From assembly GCF_009914755.1 (NCBI RefSeq), contig NC_060937.1: a DNA stretch of 64,000 bases, one strand, 5' to 3'. A model generated the notes under the pieces. That model was given only the letters and a program-made list of their open reading frames with translations. It was not told where the DNA came from and searched no databases. Below are positions 56,921-64,000 of the stretch, piece after piece. The stretch comes from the human T2T-CHM13v2.0 reference genome, Homo sapiens. Made by a program: the position numbers and the translations under genes. Numbering within the stretch: position 1 is the first letter of the stretch; each line of letters opens with the position of its first letter.

Positions 56921-59900
56921 GAACTCTAGAGAAATGCTGAGCTGCTGCCTTTTGGTCCTCCCCCTTCTCTGAATTTTCCCATCTACTCTTCTCTGCCTTT
57001 GCTTGATCCTTTTTCCCCTATGAAGATTTGGGGTTTTTATTGACCAGAGGCAGATTTTGGCAAGAATGTCCCAGTTATTTTAGCTTATGCAGTTGGTCAC
57101 ATTCTTGTGAAATTAGCCTGAAATTAGATTACTGCTCAAGATAGCCATGAAATAATGTCAGCACTCAGTATTTAATTCTGAATTATCTGGCAACACCGAA
57201 TCAGCTCTGCCAAAATGGACATGCCTCAGCGTCTCAGCAGTGATAGTGTTGCAGCCTGTTGGTTTTTTTTGTTGTTGTTGTTTTTTGTTTTTGTTTTTAC
57301 TTTTTATTTTGAGACAAATACTATAATAAGATGCACAAATAATAGTTTTAAGTGTACGTCATCCAGCTTTCCTCAAAGATAACACCTTACATAACCATAG
57401 TACATTATGAAAATCAGGAAACTAGCATTGGTATGTATTATTAACTAAACTACAGGCCTTATTTTGATTTTACCAGTTTTTACATGCACTCTTTTTTTGG
57501 GCTGGGGGACGGTATGCAGTAGTATAAAGTTTTACATATCTGTGTATAGATTCATGGAACCACCATCACAGTCTTCCTGATTGCTAAAAGTTGGTGTTCT
57601 CCAGGATTCTGTCCTGAACGCTATTCCGTTTTCATTCTCCACGTTATCCCTGGACCCTCTTATTAGTAATAGTGACTGTAACTATCTTTTCTATTTGGAT
57701 AATTCTCCAATGTATAACGTTAACCTCTCTTGAGCTCTATACCTCACCATTTCCTGGCCTACTTCTGGACACCCACTGACTATTTTATCTGTACCATGAG
57801 CTCCAACATAGCCAAAATTGAACCTGTATTCCTTCATTTTTAAACTAAATAATCTCCATTTGAGGGATTAACACCTTGTGGCCCAAGTCAGAATTCCCAG
57901 GGATCATCTTAGAAGCATCCAGTCTCCCTAATCCACCTCCACATAATAAAAAGAGCCAACACTGCTAGAGCAGGTACTGTGTGCTGGATACTGTCCCACA
58001 CCTGCTTGAGGGATCAGCTCACGTTGTTCTGATGGCAATCCCACGCTTTGTCAGAAATGGATCCAAGTTTCATGAAGCCTGAAACTTGTATAGTTTCAGG
58101 TCCCATTAACGAAAAAGAACAGAAGATTACAAATATTAGAATTAGGATTTGTCAAGGGAAATATTTGGGCTAGTGCAAGTGAGGGGCCCTGAAAATTGAC
58201 CTTCACTAAGTTCATAATCTATCTGTCTTTGAGATCAATGCTATTCTTCTTGCCGTTTTACAGTGAGACAATCAAGGAACACAAAGTTTGCAAAAGTTGA
58301 CTTGACCAAGGTCCTCCTGCCACAGGGGCCTCATTACCTCTTGCTGTGTTTTAACAGAGGCCTCCTATGTGACCTCTCTGCTGTCAATCAGCCCCCTTCA
58401 TCCATTCTCCACACTGACCCCAGAGGGATCTGCACACAGGGCCATGTCTCTCTCCTGATCCAAAGCTGTCACTGGTTCCTGGTCCCTTTTAGGATAAGAA
58501 CTAAACTGTTTTGCATGACTCCTTGGCTGTCTCCTCTGACACTGGAGGTTGCATGATGCTGAACTGCTAGGGGCTCCCACCAATGCCCCACACTTCCACT
58601 TCCTACTCCTTTCCACGTGTCCTGCTGCTGCCAGGACTGCTCTCCTCCCATCTCCTCTACACACTGCACTCTTTATCATTTTATCCAAAGTAGAAAATGC
58701 ATTATTGGTTATTTTTAGCTTATAGGAGCAACAGATGGTTAAAGTAAAAAAAAATTATACAGTGCAAAGAATTAAGTAAAAACTACCACATCTGTGGCCC
58801 CATTTTTTGGGATGAACCACTATTAAGTGTATGGTGTACATACTTTTCATTTTTCCTACTCTGTGTGTATGTGTATGTGTGTTCTAGCCTATAAAATTGG
58901 GATATGTTACTATGTTATTATTATTCTTTTTCATTTTTATTAATCTTCCAGACTTTTCTCCAAAATGTTTTTCATTTTGTTTGTTTTTGCAAATATCTTA
59001 GATTACTAGGAAAGCCAAGTCTCTCTTCCTGGATTTCTTCTCCTATAAACCGCCTATTGATACCTACCCACTTCTCTATGGAGCACAGATGAAGGATATT
59101 GGTCATGTATGTTGAAATATTTATCCAACTTTATCCCTAGTTTTTTGACTTTGTAAGGGTGAGGAATTTTAATTTGTATATACTTGTAGATGCCTTTAGA
59201 ACAATGACCATATCTTTTTTTATCTCCATAGCTCCAGCATCTAGCACAACGTCTGCAATGGAACAGGCGAGCTGTGAATATTTGTGGAATGCATGGGTGG
59301 ACTAAAGACCTATCACCTCACTCTAGAATGCCCAGCATGTTGGAGGTAAGAGCTCATCTTCTGGTCTCTTTACCCCTTCTCATACAGAGCCAATCACCAA
59401 ATCCTGCAAATTCAACCCTCAAAATGTCTTTACACGTCCCACAGCCACCACCGCTCTGTCAGACTTACCATTTCTCACCTGGATTCCTGCAGTAGCTTCC
59501 TCTCTCTGGTCTCTCTAAGCTAATGCTTTCTCTATGTGTGACCAGGGTTTTCTAAAACACAATCTGTTCATTTCACCGTCCTGCTTAAAAACCTTGAATG
59601 ACTCCATAGTGCCTGGAAAAGCAATCTAAATACGTTAGAAAGGAGTTCAAGGCCCTCCATAAAATCTGGTCTGACTTCCCTACTCAGCGCCGCCTCTCTT
59701 TCTTCACATCTTCTATTCTCCAGCTGTGCCACACTTTATTCAGCTGTTCTGGAACAGACCTTATATTTCACAACTCTGCTTATTAGATTCATCTCAAATG
59801 TCAGACATTCCATGGAATCTCATCCTGTCTCTCTATCAAAATTATCACACTACTATTACCACCATTAGCACCACATCACTTACCTGGTATACCTCCCTGT

Positions 59901-60158
59901 ATCCTCTACACTTCCTCATTAATTCAAAGATAACTTTATATTTCTCTCCCTATTTCAACTTCCTGCCTCCATAGAAACAGTTTTCTGGTTCAGCAGTTTC
60001 AATGAATCAATCAAATATTTGCACATCTGTTATGTGCAAAGTACTGATGCCATTTCTGATACTCAACTCACTTTTCAGTTGAAATTTCGAGTGCATCTGA
60101 GTTCCGAAAAATTATTAGTTTGTAAAAGTCTGAAAATACATGCATTTATAAAAATCTT

Positions 60159-61120
60159 GGGGGACCTCCTCTTTTGGCTTGGAATACCCCTCCCTCTGTC
60201 TCTGTACGGGGGAATTTCTTCCTTCTGTCTTTGCCCTTCCTTCTTGCCTATTAAACTCTCCACTCCTTAAAACCACCCTACGTGTATCTGTGTCGTTTTA
60301 TTTAAACCGGCATGAGGACCAAGAACCATGGTGTTCCTCCACTCATCAGAGCCGTATCATTTTGATGCATGCGCCAAGAAAGAAAATTCAATCATCAGAC
60401 TGAAGCAATCAAACTCCAAATGGTGCTGTAAACTGAACCACACATAGACATGCCATTCTTCTAAGGACCCTTAGATCCACCCCAGGAGGAGCGCTAGCTG
60501 CTGTTCCCCATTCGATGCCCCTTTTCGGCCGGAAGTAGCCGGAAAGATTCGCCGCCCAAAATCCCCTAACAGCAGTTAGTGTGGCATCTCCACAGCAGGG
60601 AGCGTTGTAGGAAAAGGTGTCCTTGGGAAGTTTTCGGTTTTTAAAGCATCTCCGGAAAAGTTTCTTGTAAAGCCCTGGCTCTTAGAGCCAGGCCAGCAAC
60701 CTTTGATATGCAAATGCTGGCTATCAGAAACTGGGTCCACCCAAACATGGAGGCCTTCTTGCCCTTTCCCCACATGTTCCTGGCAACATGGCTGCCCCCA
60801 CATATCCCCACATGTGTAGAAAATCATGGCACCCTGCACTTGCATATTAAAAGGGTAGGGTGGGAGGGCCAGCTTTTTCGCAGTTTACGTGAATGACATG
60901 CCTAGTCAAACGAATCCCCTGAGCCCTATGCAAATCAAACACCGCCTCCTCCAGCCTCTGCATATATACCTGGCTGGTATCTGTGGCAAGGTGGGGACCT
61001 CCTCTTTTGGCTTTGGAGACCCATCCCTCTGTCTGTGTACAGGGGAGCTTCTTCCTTCTGTCTTCCCCTTTCCTTCTTGCCTATTAAACTCTCCGCTCTT
61101 AAAACCATTTAAAAAAAAAA
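60159..61120 (+). pseudogene. Processed (spliced, polyadenylated) ERV1 transcript retrocopy; LTR family MER61/LTR25-like, unconfirmed
   Basis: R-U5 60159-60359; degenerate PBS 60363-60380; env tail from 60402; U3 ~60603-60992; R 60993-61107; A10 61111-61120. Confidence 0.82.
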
Positions 61121-62223
61121 CTTAAAATAATTAAATTGGGATGAAAAAAGCCTTGTAAGCTTCTCTTGGAACAGAAGATCTGAAGTAAACAGGGAGGTAG
61201 ATGGCAGTGTATTCCCGGTCTTGTTAGCTAAGCAAGTGAGCGGGAAGCAGGGCTTCTATTCACAGGTGATATCTCCTCACTCACTATGTGATGATTCAGT
61301 CATCTGGCACAGCGTCCTCTAGTTCAATTAAAATATGTCTGAGTTTTTGGCCTAAATATAGTAATAGACACAAATATTAAACTCATTTTTCCTAAGCTTT
61401 TAAAAAATTATATATTCTCAGGATACGACGGATAATCATTTGCCTCTGCAAATTTAAGTCACACAATTTATTTGTGTGTTCTCTATTCTCATTGCAACAT
61501 GCTTTAGGGCTAAATATAATCAAAAAAAGGATTCAATATACGTACATTAATATTAGTAAACCTTTGCCCCTAGTAAAATGATCATGGCTCTAAAACTTTA
61601 AGGCTTATCACTTTTCTTTCAAGGAAAGAGTCGGGCATATTTTAAACATGTCAACAAAAAATAAATTCTTTCATTTACTCATTCCTTTCTCCCTTCCAGC
61701 ATGTTAAGCACTATATGAGCTGCTGAGGATACAGGAATAAACAACAACACAGGTGTGTCCTCTGCCCAAACCAGGCATAAATGAGCTTCCAAATGAACAC
61801 AAACAAATCTGGAAGGCTTTTGAGGAAGAAGGACCATTAAAAAAGGTACAGAAAGAATGTATTGAGATCATGTTTATCCATCACTGAAATAAAATACGCT
61901 CCAAAATTTCAATGATTCTCCAGCCAATATATTATTACCCCTCCTTATTAAAAAAAAAATGAAAAAAACCTGCCAATAGAAAGCTGCCTTTCCTAGTAGA
62001 TTGCATGCAAGTCATACTGTTAGCTAGAACTTAAGATACCTTGTTGATTTAATCAGTAGGTTACTATATGTAATAATTCAATATTAAGAGAAGTGAGGCT
62101 ATCAATATTATAGGTATATTTTACATTTTTCCAATCAGTCATTACTAAAGCTAACATTAAAAATCTTAATATATTACACTCTACGTTTTTGGAGCACAAA
62201 TATAACAATTTAAAAAATAAATT

Positions 62224-62546
<323 letters not shown>

Positions 62547-63479
62547 TTAAATAATGCTATTTTTCTCAAAAATTAAATCAGCTATTGATTTTCTTCCAAG
62601 GTCATTTGCCTCCCATCTTTCTTCCAAGTGTCATCATCTTATGTATTTCACTTTTTATAAAACTTTAAACAGCAAGAGGCCATACAAAATGAAAAAACAT
62701 AACTTGTATTAATTCATTTAGTCCTTTAAAAGCTGTATCAGAAGCTGTTGTTGAAAAAATGGTAGAGTTATTAGGAGTGTTGCAATGTACTCCTAGATGT
62801 CCTATAACTGATATGTTAGTCTTACACTCTTCATAATCGTATATAGCGATCTTAGTACTAGCAGACATCTAAGGTCTATGATGGCATTTAACACAATTTT
62901 GTCTCCAAATTCTGCTGTGGTTTCATCAATGCCTTTTTGTTAGCTCTGAGTTTAAATTTTAATCTGGAACCATAACTGATTTATCCCAGCTGCTGACGAC
63001 TGCCTGGAATCTGGTTTGGAGCATCTCCAAAGCCAACGTACTTTCCCCCAAGAAAATACAGGAAGATCTCTCTGCCCAGGCTTGGAAATACATAAGGATC
63101 AGGTTTGCCATCCTCTACTTTAGGGTGACTTTAACATAATTTAATGCCCACTGACTGCTTTTCTCCTACAGGTAAAGTAACAAACAAAGGAGTCAACTCT
63201 CAGGAGCTCTCTCTTTCATCTGCTTTATGTTGCCATTTTCCCTCATTGCCCTCTCACATTCACTCAGTAATTCACCAAATATTTATAGAGACTTCATGGT
63301 GTGCAAGGCAGTGAACTCCACACTGTAGGAAGAGTAAAGCCATGGAGATCGCAGGCCTGGCTCTTCATACCTTTGGCTTTCTGTTGAATTGAACTTTCTG
63401 TTAAGTTTAAAATACACAATAGAACTTTGACGATGTTGTGGCCTGGTCAGGGATGGGACAGATAACCAGCCCTTAAAAA

Positions 63480-64000
63480 TAAAGCTCCTCCGGCCCCGCC
63501 CAATACCTTCTGAAAGAAGGAGGGTTATTATAGAGCATAAATAAAACAGTAGTGATTAATAATGATAATAAAGTTTATCTCTTTACTCACTCAACAGCAA
63601 TCCTTTTGGGGCAAATCACTTATGATTTCCTTCCAGGACTGAAGAAAACATGCACAGACGGAAGGTGGGGGCTGGTACTGGTGCTGAGCCTGGCATGGGG
63701 AGAGAGGAAACAAGAGTGAAAAGACTCTTTCATTCTCCTGGCAAAGGCAGCCTTGCAGCTGGGGCCAGGGTCTGTGGTGCTGATCCATCTGCTGGGCCGT
63801 CACCTCCCGAGAGAGCGTGTGTTCCTCCAACCACGCGTGTCTTAGCACCAGTCTCTGGCAGGAGCCAGGAGATGGGGAAGACAATTTAAATGATTCACAT
63901 AACTTCAAAAAATGTGGATAAGCACTTTATTTTTCTCACAAACCAAGAATATCTACTCAATTTAAACTTTTACCTGCGATCTCTCTTCCTCAGACCCAGG
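63480..64000 (-). promoter_or_regulatory. Candidate distal SPART promoter / alternative non-coding first exon(s)
   Basis: Minus-strand donors TGA|GTGAGT (63591/63590) and CAG|GTAAAA (63974/63973); local GC rise; GC box/CCAAT near 63492-63504. SPART is recalled to have 5'UTR variants with an upstream first exon. Confidence 0.45.

Noticed and set aside
60159-61107. Two independent solo LTRs or an ordinary deleted provirus
   Set aside because: The 5' copy lacks U3, the 3' copy lacks U5 and ends in an A-run, which fits an RNA-derived retrocopy better.
63500-63522. Minus-strand TTTCAG|AAG|GTATTG as a 3-nt micro-exon
   Set aside because: The motif is short enough to occur by chance and lies in non-coding context; no support.

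Overview
Primate (almost certainly human) genomic DNA, not prokaryotic. It covers most of the SPART/SPG20 (spartin, Troyer syndrome) locus on the minus strand. Seven coding exons (exons 2-8; 810+198+156+124+195+159+91 = 1733 nt) read continuously in frame across GT-AG junctions; the last exon lies left of the window. A CpG-island bidirectional promoter sits at ~39.6-40.3 kb, shared with the antisense lncRNA SPART-AS1, and there are candidate distal first exons at ~63.6-64 kb. The rest is repeat-rich intron. Most notable: (1) a ~0.95 kb spliced, polyadenylated ERV1 mRNA retrocopy (R-U5-PBS/splice/env tail-U3-R-polyA) at 60.16-61.12 kb; (2) an env-deleted HERV-H provirus inserted inside an Alu in intron 5, facing an oppositely oriented solo LTR7 that is sense to SPART and retains TATA and AATAAA; (3) a 63-bp direct repeat 9.4 kb apart that brackets the provirus; (4) a CLEAR/E-box motif overlapping a GTGAGT splice donor in the promoter; (5) several nested transposon stacks with intact target-site duplications (TSDs). 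Exon and TSD-defined coordinates were read at base level. Repeat family names come from remembered consensus similarity, not a database search, and repeat ends without TSDs are approximate. I cannot establish that any of this is a new biological system; the findings are testable candidates.
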